Of a DNA stretch of 64,000 nt, positions 49,510 through 61,520 are shown piece by piece. The position numbers and the translations under genes were made by a program. The DNA is from Antedon mediterranea (taxonomy: Eukaryota; Animalia; Echinodermata). Every line of letters begins with the position of its first letter. Position 1 is the stretch's first letter. The notes under the pieces are model-generated. The model made no database searches and had not been told where the DNA came from. It saw nothing but the letters and a program-made list of their open reading frames with translations. Location of the stretch: positions 14,756,001 through 14,820,000 of the forward strand of contig NC_092674.1 of NCBI RefSeq assembly GCF_964355755.1. Direction: 5' to 3'.

Positions 49510-50375
49510 ACATGTTCGTAAAGGAGGATCATTATTCTGAATACAGAGAAATAGATTTTCTGAAATTAAAGTTTAAAGCTGAGGTAAACAAATGCATGGA
49601 AAAGGGTGAAACCCCTTAAACTTAATCATGAGGACATGTCGGGTGCTAGAAGCATTCCTAAAATTAAGAAAGAAGACCTCTTGAAAGTGCATGCCGGCAT
49701 ACAAATGATCTTATCTGCAGCCGAATATGAATAATGCATGCTGAGTCAATGAAACTGAATAAATACAACACAACAACACATTGTTGAACATAAAAAAAAG
49801 TCGAATACATTATAGTGTTATAGAGAGGCAAGTATTCCATTTTCTCTTAAAAGTCATGTTTGTAAGTTACGTTGTTTGCCATGTGACGGTTGACATGCAT
49901 TGCACAAATGTACCCGATAACCGTACATATCTTCAATCCTGAAGTTGGCAGAGTAATGACAAAGTTCATATATAGCTGCCACAATCTTCAGGCACCAGAC
50001 TTGGTGTTGACAACACCAATACTAATATTGGAAAAGGAACCTACTATTGTGATTGCAAGATGCCCATATGCTACACAATGCAGTAGATAATGCAAAGCAT
50101 GGATAATGCATACCATGGATGAACTGGAAGAAGAATTTCTTATATCATATCAGGCTATGACTGTTGCCGATATTCCGGCTGGTATATGGTTCAATTCCAA
50201 GGTAATGGAAAGGCCAGACGAGGAAAGTGGAGATACCTAAACATTTCAACGTTGTGTTCGGTATTAACAATTCCCCATATCAACACTGGTGAGGAAAGGG
50301 CTATTTCACTAATCAGGTCACTAGACCTGGAAGGATCGCTGAGTTCAATAGTCTAAATTAAAATAAATTACCAGT
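49510..50375 (+). pseudogene. hAT-like transposase C-terminal remnant
   Basis: DELEEEF...YQ; VLTIPHINTGEERAISLI...LDLEGSLSSIV. Confidence 0.6.
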
Positions 50376-50460
50376 AGTGGTGTTAATAGTCTATGAGTGC
50401 TAGCTTACTTGTATAAACCGACAATAGCCCGTGCTCTCCAGAGGGAGGGCATTAGATACG

Positions 50461-51112
50461 AAAGTGAAAAGTTCCTAGAACACCCCTGTATTATAACGTT
50501 GTTATACATTGTACAGTATACAAAGTTCCTAAAGAAGCTTAGCGTGCTGATTACCAGACGACCGGATATTTACTATTCTTATGCCGGTTGCAGTACCATT
50601 TGCTATATTATTTGATCCGTTTTAAATCGGAATCTTCCTTAATGTTTTAGGCCGCTGAACGGCCACGCTACCAAGAAAACAAAGGAATTTACTTTACACC
50701 TGGACTGCCTCAGCTGGGGCGTGGACTCGCTGTTGCGTGAAACAACAAAGAACGGTTGTATTGTTTCTTTTTGCCTAGTTGCGTACGTACTGTGTTCCGC
50801 CGCCGATATGTCTAAATCGGAATGTATGCAATGTAGAGGCCAGCATGTGACAGTCAAGTGGGACCGCTACTTGCTTTGCATTCACTGTCGCACCTGCAGC
50901 CAGAAGTTGCCGTGCCACATATGCGTGCATTGGACCCGCGGAGGTTCAGGAGGAGCCGCCGGCCCCGTAATAGACGCTGGCCCCCTAATAGACGCCGAAG
51001 TGGCGGTAGTATTGCCGGAAGCGCCTGTGCAACAGCCGTTGTGCTTCCACCGCAGGGTAGTACGCAGGACGAAGGTTTGTCACCAGCCGTACTGGAGGCC
51101 ATCGCAGCAGCA
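50461..51112 (+). mobile_element. Second, more deleted DIRS-like 5' fragment
   Basis: Homologous to 31336-32150; MSKSECMQC...DRYLLCIHCRTCSQKLPCHICVHW. Confidence 0.75.
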
Positions 51113-51284
51113 ACAAACTTAAAATTAATTTCAAACATAACTACTTTCAAATCACATATTAAAAAACATTTTGAATGCAATATTTAATATTAATAATAAT
51201 TATGATAACTAGAATAAAAAAACTATTTTAAAAAGGCGACAAACTCAGACAGACAGAAAGTATGTAGTACTCATACTCTACTCT

Positions 51285-52005
51285 ACTATAGAAATCGTTA
51301 ATCAATTTAAATATCTTGGTGTAGTATTTAGTTCAACTGGTTTGTGGAACAAAACAATTTAAACAGACTATACTCAAGCAACTAAGGCATTATTTTCATT
51401 AAAAACTAATATTTTAAAGCGTTTTGTCTATTTGCCCATTAATGTTTGGAATTTACTTTTTGATATAAAAATTATACCTATTTTACTTTATGGAAGTGAA
51501 ATATGGGGATACACATATTTTAGCACCATAGAATAGAAAGTCTCCAAATTAGGTTCTCAAAATACATATTTGGAATCACAAAAAATTGCTTCAAATATAG
51601 CCGCTATAGGAGAATGTGGTCAATTTCCTTTGTCTGTTCACTGTTACCTAGAAGATTGATCTGTTACGTATTCTGAATGTTGATTATAACCGTATTATTT
51701 ATAATTGTTACACATTTCAGTTACGTAAATTAGCTGGTTATCACATGTAAAACGTATTCTTTGCACTGTAGGTTTTGGTGATATAAGGAGATCACAGCAT
51801 GTTCGAGATAGTCATCTTTTTATTTCCAATTTTAAATTAAGACTCACCAATATAGAAAGACAGAAATTCCACCAAGAAATAAAAACAATAATAATATCTA
51901 GACTATGTTATTATTGTAATTTCAAAACTGATTTTATTTTTTCGGAACATCAATTATAAGCATAGAAACAATTTAACAAAACTTCAAATAGGAAATGGCA
52001 TAATA
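51285..52005 (+). mobile_element. RTE-X-like LINE C-terminal fragment
   Basis: IEIVNQFKYLGVVFS...LFDIKIIPILLYGSEIWG...ASNIAAIGECGQFPL. Confidence 0.7.
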
Positions 52006-52009
52006 TACC

Positions 52010-52345
52010 AAGATGTGGTATTATGTGGTACCTGTCTCTGTATCAACAGAGACATTGGTGGGTATGACCTCCCACATACATATGATAGTTTGCTGGAAAA
52101 AGTTGAAGCAGGAGGGGGGCCAGCGGAGACGCTCTACCGTCAATACCAACCAGACGGCTGGTGGCGCTGTTCAGCGTCACTTACAAAAAACCAGACCATT
52201 CCAACCCAGGCATTAGTCTGAAGCAGCTGACAGATTGTCGGCGAAACGTCACGAAGGTAATTTTATTCCTTTTCGTTGTCTTGGTTTAACATAAAAGTAA
52301 AAATCCACAAAAATATTATTTGGAACCAGATGAATTTATTCAATG
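52010..52345 (+). mobile_element. Penelope-like element 3' end / pseudo-LTR
   Basis: INRDIGGYDLPHTYDSLL (compare 650-695), followed by a hammerhead-like motif. Confidence 0.7.
52212..52256 (+). ncRNA. Degenerate type I hammerhead ribozyme motif
   Basis: TTAGT-CTGAAGCA-GCTGACA-GAT-TGTCGGC-GAAA-CGTC-ACGAA: CUGANGA-like core with one deviation, 7-bp stem II, GAAA, GUC site. Confidence 0.6.
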
Positions 52346-52825
52346 TATATTTCAATAGTTTCATGATAATTATAAATGAAATAACTACCGATATTGGTAA
52401 ATGAAAGAAAAAAATATGTATACATAAATTATAATTCCAGTATATATATAGTATATACTATATATACATTATATATAGTATAGATTAAAGATTGCAATAA
52501 TAAACAACAACTAATATTTTGTGTAAGACATAAATAGTATATGAGTATAAATAATGATAATAAGCATATTAACTAAGCAGTATAATATTGAGATATATAA
52601 TGATTCTTTAACTTTTTTCGGAAAGTAAATAATGATATTGACGTTTTGATATTTGGTGGGATATGATTCCACAAATTAGGACCTGATATAGTTATAAAAA
52701 ATTTAGTTTTTGTAAGTCTAGCAAAAGGAATGTTTAAATGAGAAGTTCTTAAATTGTAATTGTGAAATTTGGTACGTTTACAGAGCATATCAATCATAGA
52801 AATAGGAAGTTGGTTTTTAAAATAA

Positions 52826-54052
52826 TTAAACATAAAACTGGCAACTTGAACATTGTGGATATCCGTTAATTTTAATATACCGAGAACTACATTTTAAGAG
52901 AGCAGATGATATCCATGGTTGTTTAAACGTTTTATTTGATTTTATACTACTTTTAACCAAGTGTCTGGAGTGGATATTTGTAAATTTTTCAATAAATATA
53001 TCAAAACTCAATCTTGGGTCACAATCAAATATCATAGACCAGTCTTCACCTTCTAAATCAATCGATAAGGCATTTAGGTCGTTTATACGAAATGAATAGT
53101 TGGCGCTATTATCATCAAGGTTTTGATCATTAATTTCTTGATCAATGAACTGAAATATAGGAAGGTGGTCGGAGATATCATTAAGTAAAACACCAGCAAC
53201 TATTTTATAGTTAGATTGTTTGGAATAAAAATGATCAATCAAAGTGGCCGAAGTTGAGGTAATCCTAGTTGGTTTTGAAATAGTTGGAAAAAAAGAATGG
53301 GAAATTAAGGTATTTAGGTAGGTGTTTGTTAATTTATGGTTATGGAATTTTAATAAATCAATATTGAAGTCTCCCATGAGATGACAATTTTTGTTTTCAT
53401 TGTTAATTTGGGTTAATACATTATCGACGGATTTAGTAAAAGAATCTAGCCCTCCACAGGGGGCTCTGTAAATAATGCCTATAATATCATTTTTTGTCTT
53501 TGAATTTTCAATCTCAACAAAAAGTGATTCGGAAAGGTCGTCTGGTAATTTTAAGTCATTTCGAATTGTAATGCTAATATCATTACGTATAAAAAATGCA
53601 ACTCCTCCGCCAATTTGATTATTGCTTCTATTGCTTGCAAAGAAGGAGTAGTTATTAATGAAAGGAATAGGGGAGTTTTCATTAAGCCATGTTTCACTGA
53701 TACCGATTATGGAAAATCTGTTATTAATTGAATTCAAAAGGCATTCGAGATCATTAACTTTATGCGTAATACCTCTAATATTAAGATGCAGGAGAGATAG
53801 TTTAGTATTAAAGGATGTATTAAACTTAGAATTAAATTGTGAATAATCATAAAAGCTGCATTCATCTAGGGTAACTGACTGTGAATTGAGATTATTAATT
53901 AGTTGATCAAAAGATTCATCATATTTGTCATTTTCATTGTAATTAACTGGATTAAAGGTTATGTTAGAAATATCATTGTTGTTAGTAAGTTCAGAGTTCA
54001 CATTAAAGTCATAAAAAGGAAGTAAGTGAAGATAATTAACATTCATTAACAA
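52826..54052 (-). CDS. LINE ORF2 N-terminal apurinic endonuclease domain (408 aa, truncated)
   Basis: Complete APE/EEP motif set in an open frame. Confidence 0.88.
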   Translation of the reverse strand: MLMNVNYLHLLPFYDFNVNSELTNNNDISNITFNPVNYNENDKYDESFDQLINNLNSQSVTLDECSFYDYSQFNSKFNTSFNTKLSLLHLNIRGITHKVNDLECLLNSINNRFSIIGISETWLNENSPIPFINNYSFFASNRSNNQIGGGVAFFIRNDISITIRNDLKLPDDLSESLFVEIENSKTKNDIIGIIYRAPCGGLDSFTKSVDNVLTQINNENKNCHLMGDFNIDLLKFHNHKLTNTYLNTLISHSFFPTISKPTRITSTSATLIDHFYSKQSNYKIVAGVLLNDISDHLPIFQFIDQEINDQNLDDNSANYSFRINDLNALSIDLEGEDWSMIFDCDPRLSFDIFIEKFTNIHSRHLVKSSIKSNKTFKQPWISSALLKCSSRYIKINGYPQCSSCQFYV

Positions 54053-54236
54053 TAGCTGCGTATAGCGTTATCTAAAAAAGAAATACAGCAATAAGCATGC
54101 ATGAGACTGTATACATTAATACATAATTAATGAGAAGCAAAATAAACAATTCTTGAAATAAAAATATATTATAGGTAATATTTCGGTTGACGGTAAGTAG
54201 AGTCAAAGTAAAGTTAAATTATTGCGACGACTAGAA

Positions 54237-55102
54237 TTACTCAGTAGCTTCGGGGGCATGTGCTTCCTTGAGGTTCGGGTAGTATTTGGCAAGATGATCC
54301 ATGTCGATGAATGTGCGAACATAACCATTTGCATCTATGTAACGCAATTTGTCAAGGTGGAGCCAGGCCTTTACTTTGTTGGAATGCAGGTATTTCATCG
54401 ATGAGTATAATGCCTTTCTTCTACTTATCACTCTGCTGGTAAAATCATTATTTACGTAGATGTTATTATCTTTAAATTTAGGTCTCACTTTTGGAGCTGC
54501 CTTGCGTACTCTTTCTTTAGTGGAATATCTGAGAAAGTATGCAACAAGTGGTCTCGGTTTATCCCTGGTGGTATTACGTGGTCCAACTCGATGGGCTCGT
54601 TGTATATCATCATTAGCGATTTTGATGCCGGTGGTATTGGAAATAAATGAGGAAAGGAAATAAATAAGGAAAGGAAATTAACAGTACCTTCACTATCCTC
54701 CGCTTGTTCGGGTATGCCAGTAAACCTCAGATTGTTACGGCGTTGACGTCCTTCTAGGTTGTCGATTTTGTCGCGTATCTCTTCTATGCATTCCGTAGTG
54801 GATTGCTGCGTGTCCTCGGCAATATCCTTCAGCTTAACATCCATGAAATCAGAATTTTCCTGCATATCGGCGTGCAAATTCCTCAGTTCTTTTTGTAAAC
54901 CGGTGATTTCAAGATTGAGGATGGTAATGTCTTTTTCCAAGGAGACAATCTTGGTGACTGCGTCGCATAATGTTGATTTAATATCAGCAATGGTTTTGCA
55001 GCCCATGATTGACTTGATGAGAGTCGACAGCCAGGTGTTCGGTTCAGCGGCGCTAATATTTAAATTAGAAATATTTGGCTCTTTGTTTTCCACGTTGGCC
55101 AT
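54237..55102 (-). pseudogene. LINE ORF1 (coiled coil + RRM), frameshifted near a short A-rich duplicated insert at ~54644-54678
   Basis: ORFs 54485-55102 and 54237-54488. Confidence 0.85.
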
Positions 55103-55322
55103 TGTAGATGTTTAGTTAGAATAAATAACAAAAGTGTACCTATATTTAATGCAACCGATACGTTCACTATCCAGGTAGGTATACAGGTCTCATGCAGTTA
55201 GTAGCTTATCTTTGCAACATGCTATCACAGGTAAGCGAGTACTGTATCTAAAAACGTATACGTGTGAGAGCTCCGCTCAAACACGTCTGCACTCGACGAA
55301 GGACAATACAATCAAAACATTA

Positions 55323-55402
55323 CGACAAGGAATGACCTGGTTTAATGTTTTTAAAGTAATATGCATTATAAAACGTCAAAAATTGTAGGGAATGGGTCTT
55401 TA
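55323..55402. mobile_element. Kolobok-type MITE right end
   Basis: Homologous to 26424-26513; ends GGGTCT|TTAA. Confidence 0.7.
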
Positions 55403-55959
55403 ACTAAGTATGTAATTTATTTAATTTTCTTACTGGCACCAAACACAACAATTCTTTTGTATTGCACAAAAGAAATCTAATTCTTTTGTGTTTGATTAGT
55501 GATAGTTCTGAGTGGTTAATGTCTGATTACCAAATTTTAAAAAGTCATTAAACAATGCAATTTAAACAGCATTCTATCTCACTTGAATTGAAGACAAAAT
55601 CAACAGTAATGATAACAAGATTTGGTACATTTGTTAAATTTAAAATTAAAACAAAAGGTTACCAGTTTTAAAGTGTCTTGGCTGCAATCAGCAAAAAAAA
55701 ATGTTATAATGTTTGAATGTTAAATATTTATCATTATGTACTGCTGTTTTTCTTGGTTGAATCAATGTAGGAAATGAATTAAAATTATAAGTACTTGATA
55801 TTTTAATTATTACAAGTTATATACAGTACTATAGTTAGTAATTATTATTATATACTGTAATAGCCAGTTGCAAACAGGTGTGAAATAAAATAATTGTTTG
55901 TGATTTTTTATCTTTTATTATAGTGAATTAGAAGTTGTGAGGTTATGACTGAATTGCAG

Positions 55960-56385
55960 ACATACTGAACAGGCCTGTGTTTCCAAAATGGTGATGTTTA
56001 CTCATTTTTCAATTTTTGAAATTCATGGGCAGTTGATAGCTTTTTAGAATTGGCATTTTTCTGTTTGTTTCATAAACTTGTTACAATTCAAAGAAACCCA
56101 TTTTTGGATCTTGTGTATAAAACTTGTGTGAATCGAAATCTAAACTGTCAATATGCTGTTCTGAAAGAAGTTTGTGAGTCTGTGTGGAATTGGCTGGTCA
56201 GTAAAAATAGAAGTTTCTACCCGAAAGGAAGTATCAATACGTCATTTGAAGAAATATTGGATTATATCTCTATTACTGATGACGAGAGGAAACTGTTTTC
56301 ATTAGGCATTCAAAAGATTTGTGCTTGCAAAACGTCTCATACATTGTCATTATGCCCTATCTATCTTAGTTCACAATTTACAAGC
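55960..56385 (+). pseudogene. Possible papain-fold (USP-like) cysteine peptidase remnant
   Basis: In frame with ORF 56050-56397, NSWAVDSFLEL at 56020 resembles an NSC-x-x-D Cys box with Cys replaced by Trp. Confidence 0.35.
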
Positions 56386-57335
56386 AGAAGTTGTTGATTT
56401 ATAAATCAATTACTACATTAGTATTAATTTCTGTATAATAACTGTCATTATATATTTATTAACGGAATATTTCGTTGAATTGTAAAAAAAATGTTTAATT
56501 ATTGTTTATTTTTATCCTGATATTTACAATCATATGATGTGTTAATTTCAGTGTGTCTATGGGGGCAATACGCTTTACTCCTTGCATAATTTTAATGTGT
56601 AAACATCAAGTTGTATTACTTATTCAAACAGTTGTATTAGTTTTAGTAATTTGTGATGTTGCTACTGTTGGTAACTTGCTAATCAAAGTCTTTATAAGAG
56701 AGTTGACACCACTTCTACAGTCCAAGCAGAAGTTGTTGATTTATAAATCAATTACTACAGTAGTATTAATTTCTGTATAACTGTCATTATATATTTATTA
56801 ACGGAATATTTCGTTGAATTGTAAAAAAAAATGTTTAATTATTGTGTATTTTTATCCTGATATTTACAATCACATGATGTGTTAATTTCAGTGTGTCTAT
56901 GGGGGCAATACGCTTTACTCCTTGCATAATTTTAATGTGTAAACATCAAGTTGTATTACTTATTCAAACAGTTGTATTAGTTTTAGTAATTTGTGATGTT
57001 GCTACTGTTGGTAACTTGCTAATCAAAGTCTTTATAGGAGAGTTGACACCACTTCTACAGTCCAAGCAGAAGTTGTTGATTTATAAATCAATTAACTACA
57101 GTAGTATTAATTTCTGTATAATAACTGTCATTATATATTTATTAACGGAATATTTCGTTGAATTGTAAAAAAAATGTTTAATTATTGTGTATTTTTATCC
57201 TGATATTTACAATCGCATGATGTGTTAATTTCAGTTTGTCTATGGGGGAAATACGATTTACTCCTTGCATAATTTTAATGTGTAAACATCAAGTTGTATT
57301 AGTTCTAGTAATTTGTGATGTTGCTGCTGTTGGTA
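56381..57335. repeat. ~341-bp tandem repeat, ~2.8 copies
   Basis: Units start at 56381, 56723 and 57063 (CAAGCAGAAGTTGTTGATTT). Confidence 0.95.
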
Positions 57336-58001
57336 AATAAAATTGATATTCAGTAGAAATAATTTTAATTTCTTTTCATTTTTATTGTTGTTATATATTA
57401 GGTATTAATTTTTTTAATTTTATTATTTACTGAATTGTGCCATGGATAAATAATTATCCGTATTGTTATTTCTCCATGGTATAACAGAATATTTTATTCT
57501 GTAAACAGGAAATACTATTGGGAAACACAGAAAGATAAGCAGGGGGTTAGTGTGATTATTGGAATAGCTAAAATTAAATTTAGAAAAATACTGCGATACA
57601 GAGTAACTTTTTAAGTACTGGGTGGATTTTTTCGCAAAAAAGTATGTAATGATTCTTTTGATTAAATACATTCAAATTAGAATATAGAATATTCATAATA
57701 TCAATTAAAATAATACGGAAAATATAATCAGCCAAACATTTGTTATCTATCATTTCCCCATACAGGAAGCTGTATGACCTTGAGAGTACTTAAGGTCTTG
57801 ATTGAGGCATTACAAGTAGAGATGTCACCAGTGAAAGTGGAAAAAAAGACTCCAAATTATCCAAAATAACACTGTTCATTTCATTCTTGAGCTAGGTCCC
57901 CGTGATCATATTGGTAAAATTGAACTAGATAAGGTCGGTAAAGGTCGGATATATAAATATCAAAAGCAGGGTTAAGTTATTACAACTATCTCATGTCCAT
58001 A

Positions 58002-61000
58002 AAGCTACGTTCACATCAAGCCCGGATTTGGGCCGGTGGCTGGAGAAAAATTCGGTCCGCGTTACATTTTTTGAATAGCGCGTTCACATAGCTGCACGAA
58101 TTCGTTCCATCGGGTCACGTTTTGAATCAGTGAAGTGGAACGACGTCAACAATGGCAGATTCCGACGAAGAAGATATTGCCTTCTTTTGTTTGTTTTTAT
58201 TAAACAGAAAAAGGAAAAGACCGGAATGGGTAAATACCGTAAACCAAAAAAGAAAGACCCATGGTCTTGTGATGACTTTTTGTCCAAGCCGGATAAATGT
58301 TACAAATACTTCAGGTTAGTGCTTTTCAGCTGATCTATATTCTCAGTCGGTTCATTCAGGCTGTATTATTATACGCAGGCTAAACATGATGTTCAGCCTA
58401 CTGTACTTAAGTACTGTGTAATAAAAATAGCGCTTACATATCAGTAGTACGCTATTTTAGTATAGAACAAATAATAAAACGAAACCAACTTTAGCTTAAT
58501 TAAACGGGCTAGCCTAGGCCTAGGTAGGGCCTATCATCTAGGTTTAGCCTACTATAGGCTAGGTATTGTCGTGGGCCACACACAAAGAACAAAAGAATGA
58601 ACCTCGCACTCTGTTCTGTATTTACGTTGTAAGACGTTTATTAAAACTGGACCGTAAATCGAATCATTAAACAGACTAAAACACACAAACACAAACCCCT
58701 GTAATACCAATCAGAGAAAAATAACATTACAATGATATAAGGTAAACTCTTCAACTTTTCCTACGTATTATGACCTCAATTTATCATAAAGAATACAACT
58801 CAAATAATAACTTCTCAAAGTTATCTATCTCCATCAGTTTACATCATTATAGCATTTAGCCAATAACAGATCTTTAACTCGGGAAATGATATCATAGCAA
58901 GTCCTCAAAATAGTAATGTTATTAAACAATCACAATACCTGCAATGCCCTCCTGTAACACTAACACAGCTTAGTATAGTTACAATTAAAAACGAGTTGCT
59001 CTCAAATCAGCTCGATTTACTGCAGTCAGCAATTGTCAGTAACACCAACCATCTAAAATAATCAATTACAACTACTAATATAACTACTGTACTTATATGC
59101 AACAACATAATCAGAAACTTAACGCTACCGATATCGTACATGGGCGCCGCCATCTTTGTTGTTTACATTATAGGAATACATGCTAGAGGGCGCTCGACGA
59201 ACCCAAAAACTCAATGCAAACGATCGGTAACTGATCAACTCTCAACAGTTCTTAACTCATCAAAGTGATTAAACAATCTACAAGGTGAAATATAACTTCA
59301 ACTTCATAAAAGAGTACTGTATACAGTACATAACAACATGGCAAACAAGGCCATAGAACCCGTTACTGTCATTATTCTAGCTCATTTATATACAATACAA
59401 AGTCTTTGATTGTTACATATGGTAATCAAATTCACACGACCATGCAGACATCACATGGTAATCACTACTACTAGGCCTAATTTACGTTACATCACTTGTC
59501 ATTTAAAATGTCGATTACCGTCAACAATATTAATTTAAGCTAATAATCAAAATCACTATAAACTACTTGAGGAAACATAGCATACTAGACTTACAATTGA
59601 AGTGGTTTCTTCGCAAAAAATTAACAAACTAAAAATCTTTAAACTCTTCTTAAACACGGCTTATCCTCCTCGAGCTTTTATCTCAACTCCCACGAGGTAA
59701 TTGCTCTCCCCACAACCTTATAACAACGACGCTATCTAAATATTAATACGCATACGCACAAAATCACCAAGGCAAACATTCTATAATAATAAAGTAGTTC
59801 CAATCAAAATAATTATTTAAGTGTAAAATATGAATAAATTGAATAGAATCATTCTCAATAAAAGTAACAAATAATAGTAATATAATTCCAGTCTCCGACA
59901 GTATAGCCTAGGCATAAATAATATATTTAGCCTAGGCTTATATTCAAAACATAATTTAATCAAATGAAGTCATTTTGATTCAATTTTAATTTAGTGTTGT
60001 GTTTTTTTCAGAATGACTCCAGATCAATTTGAAATGTTATTCGATCTGGTAAAAGATGATATTTCAGAGAAAGCATCACCCCATGAGAACGCCTAGCTAT
60101 TTGTTTAAGGTATTTAAAAAAATAAAATGTTCTGTATGATTTACCTCAGCTTTCTTATTCATCTTCATTAATATTACATGGTGATTTTATAAAACTTAAT
60201 ATTATGTGCCATTATGTGCCATCATGTTCCAATTATTCAATTATACATGAATCAGAGGTAACAACTCTAATTAAAGCAAACTCCTCAATATTTTACTGCA
60301 ATTTAAAGGTTTTTTCAGATTTTAATACAATTATTTTTCTGCTCAAATGAACTAATATGCATGTTTTAGGGAGGTCACAATATTAAATTACTAAATTTGA
60401 TAGGAGTGTTTTTTCATTCCCTTATTTTTATCAGATTTCTGGCCACTGGCGATTCGTATGCGTCACTGCACTACAACTTTCGTGTTGGAAAAAGTACGAT
60501 AAGTTCTATCGTAATCGAGGTTGCAAAAAAATTATATGGACAAAACTTCAACCAATATACATGGCCCCTCCAACTCCAAAAGAGTGGAATGAAATTTCAT
60601 AGCAATTTTCCACGAAATGGAACTTTCCTAATTGTGTGGGAGCAATTGATGGCAAACACATTGTAATTAAGGCACCAGACAACTCTGGGTCTCTTTTTTA
60701 TAATTGTAAAGGTACCCATTCCATTGTTTTAATGGCTTTGGTTGACGCAGCCTATAACTTTATATTTATTGATGATGGTTCCTATGGCTTAAACAGTGAC
60801 GGGGAATTTTTTCTCGAATGCACTTACAACACTAACTATTGGTATTCCACCACCAAAAAACTTGCCAAGTATGCCTGAACTTGGTCCAGTACCACACCTA
60901 ATCGTCGGAGATGAAGCTTTTCCATTAAAAGAGAACATAATGAGGCCATTTCCAGGTAAATTATTATTTCACTATACAGTACTGTTAAGTTAGACAGGGG

Positions 61001-61449
61001 TGATATTTATTTATGATAAAAGCCATAGGGCATAAGTATCAACTTTACAGTGGTGTACATTTATATATTCCAGGTAAAAATCTTCCAAAGCATGAGAGGA
61101 TTTACAATTATCAGCACAGCAGAGCAAGGCGTGTGTCTGAGAATGCTTTTTGTCAAACAAATTTCGAATTTTCCACAGGAAAATAGAACTAAAGCCAGCA
61201 AATGTGGACAAAATTGTGCTCTGTGCATGCATTTTGCACAATTTTATCCGGAAGACGAGTATAAACAACATTCAACAAGATCCTGTGGGCAATTTACCAA
61301 ATAAGCTAGAACTTATTAATCTGGAGCATACTGGACACCACAGTAGTGGAGAGGTCATTGGAGTTCCAAACAAACTATGCAAATGGTTTTGTTCAGATGC
61401 TGGAAAAGTTACATGGCAAGACCATGTTTGTTTTGGCCATGCAAATTAA
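58002..61449 (+). mobile_element. PIF/Harbinger element 3, transposase exons 58152-58314, 60012-60109, 60435-60955, 61074-61449
   Basis: TIR-like AGCTACGTTCACATC after TAA. YFR|MTPDQFEMLFDLV...RLAICLR|FLATGDSY...GAIDGKHI...GDEAFPL...LHNFI. Several frameshifts. Confidence 0.9.
58567..59900 (-). mobile_element. Solo-LTR-like insertion (Gypsy-type) in intron 1 of Harbinger 3
   Basis: TGTCG...CGACA termini, 4-bp TSD GTAT (58563-58566 and 59901-59904), minus-strand TATA ~59720 and AATAAA ~58640. Confidence 0.8.
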
Positions 61450-61520
61450 ATTATCAAAATGAACATTTCATATATTAAACACTAATTATTTTAATCACTT
61501 TCTAAAATAATTTATTCTAA

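Larger units (their letters stand above)
52400..55278 (-). mobile_element. CR1-group LINE with L1-type (RRM) ORF1 and APE, RT internally deleted
   Basis: 5' end GAGTGCAGACGTGTTTGAGCGGAGCTC. ORF1 LEGRQRRNNLRFTGIPE...RAHRVG...PRPLV. ORF2 HLNIRG...SETWL...GDFNIDLL...SDHLPIF...PWIS joins directly to ILKLTDIH...SGPNLWN. Confidence 0.9.

Noticed and set aside
56553-57168. Duplicated small membrane-protein ORFs (75 and 91 aa)
   Set aside because: Non-ATG starts inside an AT-rich tandem repeat; the hydrophobicity reflects T-richness.
4328-61449. Domesticated host HARBI1 gene
   Set aside because: All three copies have frameshifts, stops or insertions and TIR-like ends, so no gene symbol was assigned.
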